From positions 33,677 through 97,676 of the IMG/VR virus record IMGVR_UViG_2513237266_000002: 64,000 bases of DNA. One strand, written 5' to 3'. This stretch comes from a virus. Its lineage: Duplodnaviria > Caudoviricetes. A model generated the notes under the pieces. The model was not told the DNA's origin and did not search any database. It worked only from the letters and a program-made list of their open reading frames with translations. Position 1 is the stretch's first letter; every line of letters starts with the position of its first letter. This document shows, piece by piece, positions 1 to 10,255 of this stretch. The position numbers and the translations under genes were made by a program.

Positions 1-461
1 TCACCCGTTCAACGTTGTCGATGCTGACGCAGATCCTGATGAAGCAGGCCATGGCTGGCCTGGTCAGTTCTGCCACGTCAGCGCTGGGTTTTGCTGGCGG
101 TGGTTATACCGGATCCGGCGGCAAGTATGAGCCTGCAGGTGTGGTGCACCGTGGAGAGTTTGTCTTTACGCAGGAAGCCACCAACCGAATCGGTGTCGGC
201 AACCTTTATCGCATGATGCGCGGCTATGCGACTGGTGGTCTGGTCGGGGGGAGTGGCGGTGGCGTTGCTTCTCCTTTTGGTGTCAGCGTGTATGCGCCGG
301 TTTCGGTTACAACAGGCCAGGGGGATTCCGGTCAACAGAAAGGAAGCGGCGATGCGCTGGGGAAAGCCTATCAGCAGGTGATCAACAGCTCCATCAGGGA
401 AGGTATCACCAGAGAAGTCCGGCCGGGTGGCATCATCTGGAATGCAACAAAACAGAGGTAA
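1..461 (+). CDS. Tail tape measure protein, C-terminal part (5'-truncated by window)
   Basis: GFAGGGYTGSGGKYEPAGVVHRGEFV motif typical of lambda H C-terminus; precedes M. Confidence 0.85.
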   Translation, partial: TRSTLSMLTQILMKQAMAGLVSSATSALGFAGGGYTGSGGKYEPAGVVHRGEFVFTQEATNRIGVGNLYRMMRGYATGGLVGGSGGGVASPFGVSVYAPVSVTTGQGDSGQQKGSGDALGKAYQQVINSSIREGITREVRPGGIIWNATKQR

Positions 462-464
462 GCA

Positions 465-812
465 ATGGCGATCGAGCATTTTGCATGGCGGATTAAAGCA
501 TCCAGCCAGCCGACCCTGAAAAGTAAGGATACCATCCGTACGGCGCAGTTTGGTGATGGCTATAAGCAGGTGTCAGGTGCTGGGCTGAATGATGAAACGC
601 TCAGTTATGAGTTTTCATTTACCGGCGAACCGCAAACCGTCCGGGATATTTATGCTTTCCTGCGGCGCCATAAGACGAAATCATTTTCGTTTACCCCTCC
701 AGGCGGTGATCTTGCGCTGTGGCGCGTTGAGGCAGAGAGCCTGCAGCGCGTCACCAAAAGTAAAACAGTGGAAACCGTTTCGGCCACGTTTGAACAGGCA
801 TTTGCACCATGA
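465..812 (+). CDS. M: Minor tail protein M (distal tail)
   Basis: AQFGDGYKQ...GLN and F-x-FTPP motifs; synteny. Confidence 0.9.
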   Translation: MAIEHFAWRIKASSQPTLKSKDTIRTAQFGDGYKQVSGAGLNDETLSYEFSFTGEPQTVRDIYAFLRRHKTKSFSFTPPGGDLALWRVEAESLQRVTKSKTVETVSATFEQAFAP

Positions 813-1564
813 GCTTAAACAGTGATTATCAGAAACTTGAGCCGGGCAATGCTGTCCGGCTTTTTGATGTCGATGGCACCGCATTTGGTGTTTCCGACGT
901 TCTCCGCTTCCACGCCTACAACATTGCCCACACTCCCGATGAAATTGCCGCTGCTGGTGGAGATGACAATAAGCTACCGGCGAAATCGATCTGGTGGCAG
1001 GGGCAGGAATATAAAGCCTGGCCCTGCCAGATCGAGGGTATTGAGACGGCGACCGACGGGACCAGCGCGCAGCCGACGCTGTCGGTCGCTAACCTGGACA
1101 GTTCCATTACGGCGCTGTGTCTTGCTTATGATGACCTGCTGCAGGCAAAGGTCACGATTCATGACACGCTGGCGCAGTATCTGGATGCGAAAAACTATCC
1201 GGAGGGCAACCCGTCTGCGGATCCGCAGCAGGAAAAGCTGAAGGTGTTTTACATTGACGCCAAGAGCACTGAAACCAACGAGTTGGTGGCGTTTACGTTG
1301 TCCAGTCCAATGGACCTGCAGGGGCTGATGATCCCGACGCGCCAGCTACATTCGCTTTGTACCTGGTGTATCCGGAACAAATACCGCTCAGGTGATGGAT
1401 GTGACTACGCCGGAACCCGTTATTTCGACAAGCACAACAACCCGGTTAACGATCCGTCACTCGATGAATGTCCCGGTACGCTCACTGCGTGCAAGTTGAG
1501 GCATGGCGAGGGGAACGAGTTGCCGTTCGGTGGCTTCCCTGGCACATCGCTGATCAGGAGCTGA
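809..1564 (+). CDS. L: Minor tail protein L
   Basis: C-terminal Cys cluster (CTWC..CDY..C..C) and LPFGGFPG; synteny. Confidence 0.92.
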   Translation: MSLNSDYQKLEPGNAVRLFDVDGTAFGVSDVLRFHAYNIAHTPDEIAAAGGDDNKLPAKSIWWQGQEYKAWPCQIEGIETATDGTSAQPTLSVANLDSSITALCLAYDDLLQAKVTIHDTLAQYLDAKNYPEGNPSADPQQEKLKVFYIDAKSTETNELVAFTLSSPMDLQGLMIPTRQLHSLCTWCIRNKYRSGDGCDYAGTRYFDKHNNPVNDPSLDECPGTLTACKLRHGEGNELPFGGFPGTSLIRS

Positions 1565-1565
1565 T

Positions 1566-2276
1566 ATGCGTCAGAAAATTATCGACGCCATTATGGCGCA
1601 TGCTGCTGCTGAATATCCGTGTGAATGCTGCGGCGTAGTGGTGCAAAAAAGCAGGGTGCAGCGGTACATTCCCTGCCGTAATCTGGCAACCGATCCGACA
1701 GAGCATTTCCACCTGTCGCCGGAAGATTACGCCGCTGCCGAAGACTGGGGAACAGTGATTGCCATTGTCCACAGCCACCCGGATGCCACGACGCAGGCGA
1801 GCGAACTGGATAAGGCACAGTGTGACGCTACGTTACTTCCGTGGCACATCGTCAGCTGGCCGGAGGGGGATCTGCGTACCATTCAGCCGCGGGGCGAGCT
1901 GCCGCTACTGGAGCGCCCATTTGTGCTCGGTCACTTCGATTGCTGGGGGCTGGTGATGAGTTATTTCCGGCAAACGCACGGCATTGAGCTGACGGATTAC
2001 CGCGTGGATTATCCCTGGTGGGAAGACAGTTATCCCGAAAACTTCTACCACGATTGCTGGTATGAATGCGGATTCCGTGAATTCAGTGGCGTACCGCAGC
2101 CAGGTGATATGGTTATCATGCAGGTCCAGGCTAATAAGTGGAACCATGCAGGGATCCTGCTGGAAGGCAATATGCTACTCCACCATCTTTATGGCCATTT
2201 GAGTCAGCGTGTGCCTTATGGCGGCTACTGGCAGGAACGGACGATGAAGGTTCTACGGCATAAATCTCTGTGCTAA
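1566..2276 (+). CDS. K: Tail tip assembly protein K (JAB + NlpC/P60)
   Basis: VHSHP JAB motif, DCWGLV and NHAGI NlpC/P60 motifs. Confidence 0.92.
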   Translation: MRQKIIDAIMAHAAAEYPCECCGVVVQKSRVQRYIPCRNLATDPTEHFHLSPEDYAAAEDWGTVIAIVHSHPDATTQASELDKAQCDATLLPWHIVSWPEGDLRTIQPRGELPLLERPFVLGHFDCWGLVMSYFRQTHGIELTDYRVDYPWWEDSYPENFYHDCWYECGFREFSGVPQPGDMVIMQVQANKWNHAGILLEGNMLLHHLYGHLSQRVPYGGYWQERTMKVLRHKSLC

Positions 2277-2307
2277 CCTTTATGGACGTTTACTCAGGGA
2301 ATGGAAT

Positions 2308-2730
2308 ATGAACAAAATACTTTTAGTCTTGTCTATTGCGTTATTGTCTGGATGTTCAACTGAGGTGGTTCCTCCAAGTAAAGCAAAACTTGCTCCGGCA
2401 AATCAGCTCTATAAATTTCAAGAGACTAATCCGAATGATGGTGTACTTACTGTTGTGCGTGACAGCGGATTTATCTCTGCAGGCTGTGCAGCAAGTTTGT
2501 ATATCAACGGTGAGAAAGCCGCAATTTTAAACCAGAAGGAAAAGGCTATTTTTCATCTGCCTCCAGGTGAATGGGCGGTCGGAGCTACATTTGATGGGAA
2601 AGGTATGTGTAACTCCGGAATTGAAAGGCAAGAACGCTATATAAATATAAAAACTGATGATAGTAAGACTGTCAGAATATATATAGACAATGATGCCAAT
2701 GTAGATATAAAACCTACTACAGTGCAATGA
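2308..2730 (+). CDS. Lipoprotein moron between K and I
   Basis: Lipobox LSGC after hydrophobic signal; AT-rich; own terminator. Confidence 0.8.
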   Translation: MNKILLVLSIALLSGCSTEVVPPSKAKLAPANQLYKFQETNPNDGVLTVVRDSGFISAGCAASLYINGEKAAILNQKEKAIFHLPPGEWAVGATFDGKGMCNSGIERQERYINIKTDDSKTVRIYIDNDANVDIKPTTVQ

Positions 2731-2753
2731 AACCACCTCCTGGTGGTTTTTTT
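2731..2753 (+). terminator. Rho-independent terminator
   Basis: AACCACC-tcct-GGTGGTT followed by T run. Confidence 0.7.
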
Positions 2754-2764
2754 ATGGAGCGATT

Positions 2765-3355
2765 ATGTCTGAGGTTATGACGCAAATAGAATTAGGTGGT
2801 GTTCTTGGGAAGACATTTGGTAAACAACACTATCGATTAGTCGGAAGCGCATCCGAAGCAGTAAGAGCCCTATGCTGTACAATTAATGGATTCGAAAAGT
2901 TTCTGAATTCAAGTAAGCTGCGTGGTCTTACTTATGCGGTGTTCAAAGGTAAAAAAAATCTGAGTGAATCTGATCTTGGATATCCTGTTTCAGGTGAGGT
3001 TATTCGCATTATTCCTGTCGTTATAGGCAGTAAAAAAGCTGGCGTGTTACAAACCATATTGGGAGCAGCTTTAGTTGTAGTTGGTGCTGTAGCAACATAT
3101 TTTGGGGGCGGCGCTGTTGGCGTGCCTATGATGAAAATTGGTGCGGCAATGGCACTTGGCGGCGTTGTTCAGATGCTCTCACCTCAACCGTCAGGTCTTG
3201 CCAGTAAGCAAAGTGCAGATAACCACGCTTCATATGCTTTCGGTGGGGTGACAAATACTGCCGCACAAGGTTATCCGGTCCCGCTGCTTTATGGTCGCAG
3301 ACGCATTGGAGGGGCGATCATCTCTGCTGGTATATACGTCGAAGACCAGCAATAA
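2765..3355 (+). CDS. I: Tail assembly protein I
   Basis: NTAAQGYPVPLLYGRRRIGGAIISAG C-terminal motif. Confidence 0.92.
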   Translation: MSEVMTQIELGGVLGKTFGKQHYRLVGSASEAVRALCCTINGFEKFLNSSKLRGLTYAVFKGKKNLSESDLGYPVSGEVIRIIPVVIGSKKAGVLQTILGAALVVVGAVATYFGGGAVGVPMMKIGAAMALGGVVQMLSPQPSGLASKQSADNHASYAFGGVTNTAAQGYPVPLLYGRRRIGGAIISAGIYVEDQQ

Positions 3356-3409
3356 CAAAATAATCTTCCTTTCAGGCTACCTTATGGTGGCTTTTTTTAT
3401 GGGCGCAAT

Positions 3410-6400
3410 ATGGCTACAGCAACCCCGATTAAAGGCCGCAAGGGCGGCAGTTCCAGTTCACGAACCCCTACCGAACAGCCTGATGATCTGCAATCTGTAG
3501 CGAAGGCTAAAATCCTCGTTGCGCTTGGGGAAGGGGAATTTGCAGGGCAATTAACCGGAAAAAATATCTACCTGGACGGCACGGCGTTGGAAAACTCCGA
3601 TGGCACCAAAAACTTTAGCGGCGTGACGTGGGAATTTCGCGCGGGAACTCAGGCACAAAATTACATTCAGGGCATTCCCGGTACCGAAAACGAAATCAAC
3701 GTTGGAACTGAAGTATCAAGCGCAACAGCCTGGACGCGTACCTTCATCAACACCCAACTATCAGCCGTTCGCTTGCGACTGAAATGGCCTTCTCTGTTTA
3801 AGCAAGAGGACAACGGCGATCTGGTAGGGTATTCCATCAATTATGCAATAGACCTGCAAACTGATGGTGGGACCTGGCAAACCGTTCTTAATACCAGCGT
3901 AACCGGCAAAACGACGTCTGGTTATGAGCGCAGCCACCGTATTGATTTACCGCAGGCTGGCAGCACCTGGACAATCCGACTGCGTAAGATTACCGCTGAC
4001 GCAAACAGCGCCAAGATCAGCGACACGATGACGCTGCAAAGCTTCACGGAGGTGATTGATGCCAAGCTGCGCTATCCGAACACCGCGCTGCTGTACATCG
4101 AATTCGACTCAAGTCAGTTCAATGGTTCGATTCCACAGATATCCTGTGAACCACGTGGCCGGGTGATCCGAGTGCCTGATAACTATGACCCCGATACGCG
4201 GACTTATAGTGGTACATGGCAGGGCGCGTTTAAGTGGGCCTGGACCGATAACCCGGCGTGGATATTTTACGATCTGGTTATTACCGATCGCTTTGGTCTG
4301 GGTAATCGCCTGAGTGCAGCCAACATCGATAAATGGACGTTGTACCAGGTATCGCAATATTGCGATCAGCCGGTACCGGATGGAAAGGGTGGAAGCGGGA
4401 CAGAGCCACGCTATACCTGTAACGTCTATGTTCAGGACAGGAATGACGCTTACACTGTGCTGCGTGACTTTGCGGCTATATTCCGGGGTATGACGTACTG
4501 GGGCGGTGATCAGATTGTTGCGCTTGCCGATATGCCGAGAGATGTGGATTACGCTTACACCCGCGCTAACGTTATCGACGGACGCTTTACCTATTCCAGC
4601 AGCACGACAAAAACGCGGTATACCACCGCGCTGGTTTCCTGGTCTGATCCGGGTAACGCTTATGCGGATGCGATGGAGCCAGTATTTGAGCAGCCTCTGG
4701 TGGCCCGGTACGGATTTAATCAGCTGGAAATGACAGCCATCGGCTGTACCCGGCAATCAGAAGCGAACCGAAAGGGTCGCTGGGGTATTCTCACCAACAA
4801 TAAGGATCGCATTGTTTCGTTTGATGTTGGCCTGGACGGAAACATTCCGCAGCCGGGATACATCATCGCCGTGTCAGACGAGCTTCTGTCTGGCAAAGTT
4901 ATGGGCGGCCGCATCAGTGCTGTTAACGGTCGCGTGATTAAACTTGACCGCGTAGCTGATGCAGCAGCAGGCGATCGCCTTATTCTGAATCTTCCCTCCG
5001 GTGCGTCACAGAGCAGGACTATTCAGGCGGTTAACGGGGAATCAGTCACAGTCACCACGGCATACAGTGAGACACCACAGGCCGAAGCTGTATGGGTGGT
5101 TGAGTCAGACGAGCTCTACGCCCAGCAGTATCGTGTTGTCAGTGTCTCCGATAACAATGATGGTACCTTCTCGATTACCGGCGCATGGCACGACCCGGAT
5201 AAATATGCCCGTATCGATACCGGAGCCATCATTGACCAGCGGCCGGTGAGTGTGATCCCGCCGGGTAACCAGTCGCCGCCGGCGAACATTGTGATCAGCT
5301 CGTTTTCAGTGGTGCAGCAGAATATCAGCGTCGAAACCATGCGTGTGAGCTGGGACCAGGCGCAGAATGCTATCGCCTACGAGGCACAGTGGCGCCGCAA
5401 TGATGGTAACTGGGTAAATGTGCCGCGCAGCTCCACCACGTCATTCGATGTTCCGGGTATTTATGCCGGGCGCTACCTCGTGCGTGTGCGTGCCATTAAT
5501 GCCGCTGAAATTTCCTCTGGCTGGGGCTACTCCGAGGAGAAAACGCTGACGGGCAAGGTGGGAAATCCACCGAAACCTGTCGGCTTTGCGACAACGCCGA
5601 TCAACTGGGGGATTCGCCTGAACTGGGGATTCCCGGCTAATACCGGGGACACGCTGAAAACGGAAATTCAGTACACCGCGAACAGTGATTTCTCAAATCC
5701 CCTTTTGTTGTCGGATGTGCCTTATCCGTCTGCCGAATACACCCAACTGGGGCTGAAGGCGGGGCAGGAATTCTGGTACCGCGCGCAACTGGTAGACAGA
5801 ACGGGTAATGAATCAGGCTGGACCGACTGGGTTCGTGGCCAATCCAACGCGAATGCTGACGACTACCTGGGCGATATTGCTGATGACTTCCTGACGTCTG
5901 CAGACGGTGACCGCCTGACAAGCGACATTGATACCAACCTGGAAGCCGCGTTGCTGAATGCGCTGGCCAACCATGCAACCGTGGAACACCAGTGGGCGCA
6001 GTATGGTGAAGTACGCGCGGATATTCTGGTGGTTAAAACGACCATTGCGCAGGTCGATAAGGCCATGGCTGAAATGTCGACGCAGGTGCAGGCACAGTTC
6101 AATGATGTGACTGCCGCGCTGGAAGATAAGCTCACCGCCGTGGTTGATGCCACCGGAGCCTCTGCAATTTACACCCTCAAAACCGGAGTCCGGATTAACG
6201 GCGTGATGTATAACGCCGGAATGTCGATTGCGGTGCTGGCGGAAACGGGTAAGCCGGTAGTCACTCGTGTCGGATTTAACGCCAATCAGTTCGTCCTGAT
6301 GAGTGGCAGCGGTGATACGCAATATTCGCCGTTTGCGGTGGTCAATGGTCAGGTCTTTATCAGCGATGCGTTTATCCAGTATGGCCAAATCACGCTGGCA

Positions 6401-6595
6401 AAAATTGGCGAACTGCGCTCCGCTAATTATGTTCAGGGACAAACGGGCACCATCATGAAATCGGACGGAACGTTTGAAATGAATGGAGCAGTTGCCGGGG
6501 AGGGGGCAATGAAAATCACCAACACAACCCAGAGCGTTAAGGACGGGAATGGCGTCCTTCGCGTGCAGATTGGGAAATTAACAGGAGTGTTTTGA
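3410..6595 (+). CDS. J: Host specificity / central tail fibre protein J
   Basis: 1061 aa, WTDNPAW motif, FnIII region, DUF1983-like C-terminus. Confidence 0.95.
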   Translation: MATATPIKGRKGGSSSSRTPTEQPDDLQSVAKAKILVALGEGEFAGQLTGKNIYLDGTALENSDGTKNFSGVTWEFRAGTQAQNYIQGIPGTENEINVGTEVSSATAWTRTFINTQLSAVRLRLKWPSLFKQEDNGDLVGYSINYAIDLQTDGGTWQTVLNTSVTGKTTSGYERSHRIDLPQAGSTWTIRLRKITADANSAKISDTMTLQSFTEVIDAKLRYPNTALLYIEFDSSQFNGSIPQISCEPRGRVIRVPDNYDPDTRTYSGTWQGAFKWAWTDNPAWIFYDLVITDRFGLGNRLSAANIDKWTLYQVSQYCDQPVPDGKGGSGTEPRYTCNVYVQDRNDAYTVLRDFAAIFRGMTYWGGDQIVALADMPRDVDYAYTRANVIDGRFTYSSSTTKTRYTTALVSWSDPGNAYADAMEPVFEQPLVARYGFNQLEMTAIGCTRQSEANRKGRWGILTNNKDRIVSFDVGLDGNIPQPGYIIAVSDELLSGKVMGGRISAVNGRVIKLDRVADAAAGDRLILNLPSGASQSRTIQAVNGESVTVTTAYSETPQAEAVWVVESDELYAQQYRVVSVSDNNDGTFSITGAWHDPDKYARIDTGAIIDQRPVSVIPPGNQSPPANIVISSFSVVQQNISVETMRVSWDQAQNAIAYEAQWRRNDGNWVNVPRSSTTSFDVPGIYAGRYLVRVRAINAAEISSGWGYSEEKTLTGKVGNPPKPVGFATTPINWGIRLNWGFPANTGDTLKTEIQYTANSDFSNPLLLSDVPYPSAEYTQLGLKAGQEFWYRAQLVDRTGNESGWTDWVRGQSNANADDYLGDIADDFLTSADGDRLTSDIDTNLEAALLNALANHATVEHQWAQYGEVRADILVVKTTIAQVDKAMAEMSTQVQAQFNDVTAALEDKLTAVVDATGASAIYTLKTGVRINGVMYNAGMSIAVLAETGKPVVTRVGFNANQFVLMSGSGDTQYSPFAVVNGQVFISDAFIQYGQITLAKIGELRSANYVQGQTGTIMKSDGTFEMNGAVAGEGAMKITNTTQSVKDGNGVLRVQIGKLTGVF

Positions 6596-6909
6596 TGGAA
6601 TGGGGGATACAGACATGGGACGCTAATGGCGTCCCTAATAACTACGGAATCAAACCAATCAGCGTAGTTGGTATAATCGACCTGTTAGTGGATCAGAAAA
6701 CCGGCTCTTATTCTTTCAACCTGGAACCTGGCCTGAAAGTTGGCTTTACAGTAGGGACTGCGGAGGCTGCAAGTTTGATTGCGTACACAAACAAAAGAAA
6801 CATTCTTGCTTCCGGTAACACAATTACAATTCAGCCATCAACGGGCGACGGTGTTAACGACTATCCTGCAAATCAGGTTCAGCTGATTGTTTTTGCGGAG
6901 AAGGTGTAA
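6595..6909 (+). CDS. Small J-associated tail-tip protein (phi80/N15-type)
   Basis: Overlaps J stop; WGIQTWDANG N-terminus; position between J and cor. Confidence 0.7.
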   Translation: MEWGIQTWDANGVPNNYGIKPISVVGIIDLLVDQKTGSYSFNLEPGLKVGFTVGTAEAASLIAYTNKRNILASGNTITIQPSTGDGVNDYPANQVQLIVFAEKV

Positions 6910-7583
6910 TGGCAAAATATGGTGTTTTGCTAGCGTTACCCAATGGAAATCCTTTTGTTACTCCGGATTCCACACCATTGACACTTTATAAAAAAGTGTC
7001 GTTAAACTCACAGTATAATGGTGATTTTAACTCTGCGGTTATTGAGGAAAATATTGTTAATCAAAAAGCAGGGATTGTATTCGCAAGAACAAGTACTGCG
7101 GCAAAAATCTCAGCCGTAAAAGAAGGGAGCTTATTTAATGTTTCTGCTTCGAACTACAGAAGGGCTGCTTTTACTCTTGAAGCATATTTTTTCGCAATAA
7201 CTCCGCAAACCTTACCCAGTCACGGTATCGCTATATGGGACGAATCAGGCACACTGGTTCTTACAAACGAATCAAGGGTATTGACAGATCTGACAACTAT
7301 CGGGACACCTGGAGCGGCTACGGGTGGAATTAATATCGATGTCACAATGCCGGGGAAATGGGCCGTAAATCCGATGGGGCTGGGATCTGTCATCATCCAC
7401 GCTGGTTCTGCACCAGGTGGACAGCCAATATTTCAGTCCGTTGATGTGGGGACGGGTTGCCATGACGACACTGGTGGTACAAGAATTAGGGGGCAAAGTT
7501 CAACCACCGCCAGTGGTGCCACTATAGGGGCAACGAATAGCGGAATTGTGATAACGGCGATAAACACAGCCGCATATGATTAA
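6909..7583 (+). CDS. J-associated tail-tip protein (DUF6453-like)
   Basis: GIAIWDESGTLVLTNE motif; translationally coupled. Confidence 0.65.
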   Translation: MAKYGVLLALPNGNPFVTPDSTPLTLYKKVSLNSQYNGDFNSAVIEENIVNQKAGIVFARTSTAAKISAVKEGSLFNVSASNYRRAAFTLEAYFFAITPQTLPSHGIAIWDESGTLVLTNESRVLTDLTTIGTPGAATGGINIDVTMPGKWAVNPMGLGSVIIHAGSAPGGQPIFQSVDVGTGCHDDTGGTRIRGQSSTTASGATIGATNSGIVITAINTAAYD

Positions 7584-7690
7584 ACTGATCGATTTAAACG
7601 ATCAATTTTAGAATATTGATCTATTAAAACTATTTTTATTATTCAATGCTATTGGTTATTTTTGTTTAAATAATTAACCCTGGTGTCGAA

Positions 7691-7930
7691 ATGAAAAATA
7701 TAATTATTCCAGTTATTGTCTGTCTGATGATTTCAGCATGTTCTGGGCCTGTTCTGGAGAAACAGAAACCGGTTTGTCAGGCTGAGTTTGTGACTGGCGG
7801 GTTTACACAGTCGGTACACATTTACGGTGTTCGAAAAGTTGCTAATCAGACTGAGTACAGGGCCGGTTATCCCTTTAACTGGCGATGGGTGAATAAAAAT
7901 AACTTCACCAGTTCGAATTGTCCTCAATGA
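7691..7930 (+). CDS. cor: Cor superinfection-exclusion lipoprotein
   Basis: Lipobox ISAC; EKQKPVC...IYGVRK..YRAGYPFNWRWV resembles phi80/N15 Cor. Confidence 0.9.
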   Translation: MKNIIIPVIVCLMISACSGPVLEKQKPVCQAEFVTGGFTQSVHIYGVRKVANQTEYRAGYPFNWRWVNKNNFTSSNCPQ

Positions 7931-7942
7931 AATACCAAAAAT

Positions 7943-7964
7943 AACCCGCTCCGGCGGGTTTTTT
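7943..7964 (+). terminator. Rho-independent terminator after cor
   Basis: AACCCGC-tccg-GCGGGTT + T run. Confidence 0.75.
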
Positions 7965-7988
7965 ATTATCTGAATTCAGGAGATATCC

Positions 7989-9341
7989 ATGTCAGCAGGA
8001 ACCTTAACCCTGACGAATAATTCTGCTGCGGTCGCTGGCAGCGGGACCGCGTTTACTACCGAGGTGGCGGCAGGAGATTTTATTGTTGTCACAGTCGGAG
8101 GCGTTCCCTATACGCTCCCGGTTAAATCAGTGGAAAGCGGTACAGCGTTGACGCTGGTCAGTAATTTTACCGGGCCAACACAGTCTGGCGCTGCCTGGTC
8201 AGCTGTTCCTCGTATGGCGCTGAATATGGTCACCGCAGCGCTGGTGGCACAAAGTGCAGAAGCCTTGCGCGGACTGAACTATGACAAGCAGAACTGGCAG
8301 CAGGTATTCAGTGGTACGGGGAATATCACGGTAAAACTGCCAGATGGCAATTCTTACACAGGACCCGCCTGGAGGGACATTACCACAGCGCTTGAAAGAT
8401 GCGCCAAAAAAGGTAATAACTCCGACATTACTGAATTGTCAGGTTTAACCACTCCACTTAGCGTTTCTCATGGTGGCACTGGGGGAGAGGACGAGCAAAG
8501 TGCTCGTCGCGGTATATCAGCCTCAACAAATACCCCTCTTACTGATAAGTATGGTGATAATTGGTACGCTGCATTTAGTTCTAGAATTGATTTTGCAATG
8601 TTCAGCCATGGAGATACTGTAGATATAACGGAAGCATGGGATGCGCCCTCTAAATTTACGAGTGTAAATTATTTTCCTTCTACAAATGAAAATGTTGGAA
8701 CAGCGATAGCTGCGAGTCTTGGGTCGGACAATGACTATTTTCTGAATTCTAAAAATTCAGCCCTGTCAGGGTACCAGTCGTGGAAAGGTTGGGTAAAACT
8801 ATGGCATACAAAAAATACTGTAGTCGATTCAAGCGGATTTATTAAAAAATCATCACCCGTTATCAAAATATTCACTGATGGAAAACATGTAGTCAATGAA
8901 GAGTCTGATGGATGTACTGTGGTCAGACAAAGTAAAGGTGTCTATCTGATTGATGGGTGCATAGGGCTAAACGCTGATGCAGCATGGGGTGGAACTGATG
9001 GAGGTTTTGAAATTCCCGTTGACAGAAACAAGCAACCCCGTATCTGGCTGGACTATAAAGTCAATGCTGATGGTTCGGTGCTGGTCAGGACATATCACCG
9101 GGTTCATCCCTCGGCACCGGAGTTTGCTCAGAACAGAATAGGGAATACCGATATTAACGGTGTGTTTACTGAGACAGTTGCTGATGGCGAACTTGTCGAC
9201 ATTCCTGCAGATTCTTTTGTGTCCGTACGCGTGGAAATGCCGGAAGACAGCATCTGGAACCAGAGGCAGAAAGAAACACGGGAGGCTCTGGAAAAAGCTG
9301 AACGCGAGCGCCAGCAAAATCAGCAGGGTGCTCAGTCTTAA
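7989..9341 (+). CDS. Side tail fibre protein
   Basis: MSAGTLTLTNNS anchor domain, NSDITELSGLTTPLS repeat, AT-rich variable middle. Confidence 0.85.
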   Translation: MSAGTLTLTNNSAAVAGSGTAFTTEVAAGDFIVVTVGGVPYTLPVKSVESGTALTLVSNFTGPTQSGAAWSAVPRMALNMVTAALVAQSAEALRGLNYDKQNWQQVFSGTGNITVKLPDGNSYTGPAWRDITTALERCAKKGNNSDITELSGLTTPLSVSHGGTGGEDEQSARRGISASTNTPLTDKYGDNWYAAFSSRIDFAMFSHGDTVDITEAWDAPSKFTSVNYFPSTNENVGTAIAASLGSDNDYFLNSKNSALSGYQSWKGWVKLWHTKNTVVDSSGFIKKSSPVIKIFTDGKHVVNEESDGCTVVRQSKGVYLIDGCIGLNADAAWGGTDGGFEIPVDRNKQPRIWLDYKVNADGSVLVRTYHRVHPSAPEFAQNRIGNTDINGVFTETVADGELVDIPADSFVSVRVEMPEDSIWNQRQKETREALEKAERERQQNQQGAQS

Positions 9342-9455
9342 AAATGGCAGTTGCCGCAGTCACGTCGTATGCAACGTAACTGCGGCAGGCAACAGAGTGT
9401 TCATGCCCGCATTGCCTGCGATGAAGATAGCAAAGATGGTGATTGCCGTCTTTCA

Positions 9456-9689
9456 TTATCGCCAAAGTCGCTTACCCTGCCTGACTGCTTCCATAATTGC
9501 AGCGCCAGTATGCTCGTATTCAGGAAGAGCCAGAACACGCCAGTTTTTTTGCATGAACACCAGAAGACAACAGCGCTCATCCACTGTCCCTTTAATGGCA
9601 AAGTTACGCAGATTGTCAGGGGGAACTGGGAGCTTTTCACCGGGTTTTGGGAAGTAAATCCTGACGCCGGATATGATTAAGTTGTCCAT
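9456..9689 (-). CDS. Hypothetical protein downstream of dinI
   Basis: ATG 3 bp after the dinI stop. Confidence 0.6.
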   Translation of the reverse strand: MDNLIISGVRIYFPKPGEKLPVPPDNLRNFAIKGTVDERCCLLVFMQKNWRVLALPEYEHTGAAIMEAVRQGKRLWR

Positions 9690-9692
9690 AGT

Positions 9693-9935
9693 TCATTCGC
9701 TCACCAGCCACATATCAGCTTCTTCAAACATTTCCTGAACAGTACGGCTTATTTGTTCCTTCTCATGCTTACTGGCGTCAGTATTGATCGCCGGTAGTGT
9801 CATCATCGGTTTTACCCGAACATCAGCATCGGGGAAAATCCGGTGAACCCTCTTACTCAATTCGCCCAGAATGATATCCTTTGCACCGGCCAGACCATCA
9901 AAATTCCTTTTGTCATAAACGAGTTCCACGAACAT
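9693..9935 (-). CDS. dinI: DinI-family protein
   Basis: MFVELVYDKRN...QEMFEEADMW; paralogue at 63734-64000. Confidence 0.88.
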   Translation of the reverse strand: MFVELVYDKRNFDGLAGAKDIILGELSKRVHRIFPDADVRVKPMMTLPAINTDASKHEKEQISRTVQEMFEEADMWLVSE

Positions 9936-9950
9936 TGCTTATTGCCTCTT

Positions 9951-9994
9951 TACTGGATGTATATACAGTATTTATACTGTGTTTTTATCCGGTA
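9951..9994. promoter_or_regulatory. Two tandem LexA (SOS) boxes between divergent genes
   Basis: taCTGGATGTATATACAGta (9951-9970, CTG-N10-CAG) and taCTGTGTTTTTATCCGGta (9975-9994, one mismatch). Confidence 0.85.
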
Positions 9995-10010
9995 TTCAAG
10001 AGAGGGCGTG

Positions 10011-10253
10011 ATGATGCCACGACGCAGCGATATTGAAATAGCCTGGTATGCTTCGATACAGCAGGAACCGAATGGCCGGAAGACCGTCACCACACAGCGG
10101 TTTGTCCAGGAACTGAGTAAGGTTAACTGGAACTGGACGATGAAGCAGGCCAACGAATGGATCGAGTGGTATGTGACAACATTCCGCGATGTATCAACGC
10201 AGGAAGGCGAGAACCGTACCTTTCAGCTGTTCAATCCAAACGGAGGACTATAG
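10011..10253 (+). CDS. Small hypothetical protein co-transcribed with humD-like gene
   Basis: GAGGG RBS, ATG at 10011, stop 2 bp before next ATG. Confidence 0.7.
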   Translation: MMPRRSDIEIAWYASIQQEPNGRKTVTTQRFVQELSKVNWNWTMKQANEWIEWYVTTFRDVSTQEGENRTFQLFNPNGGL

Positions 10254-10255
10254 CC

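Noticed and set aside
9160-9680. Overlapping ORFs and the 9352-9387 hairpin as a separate system
   Set aside because: ORFs overlap better-supported genes; the hairpin is adequately explained as a terminator between convergent genes
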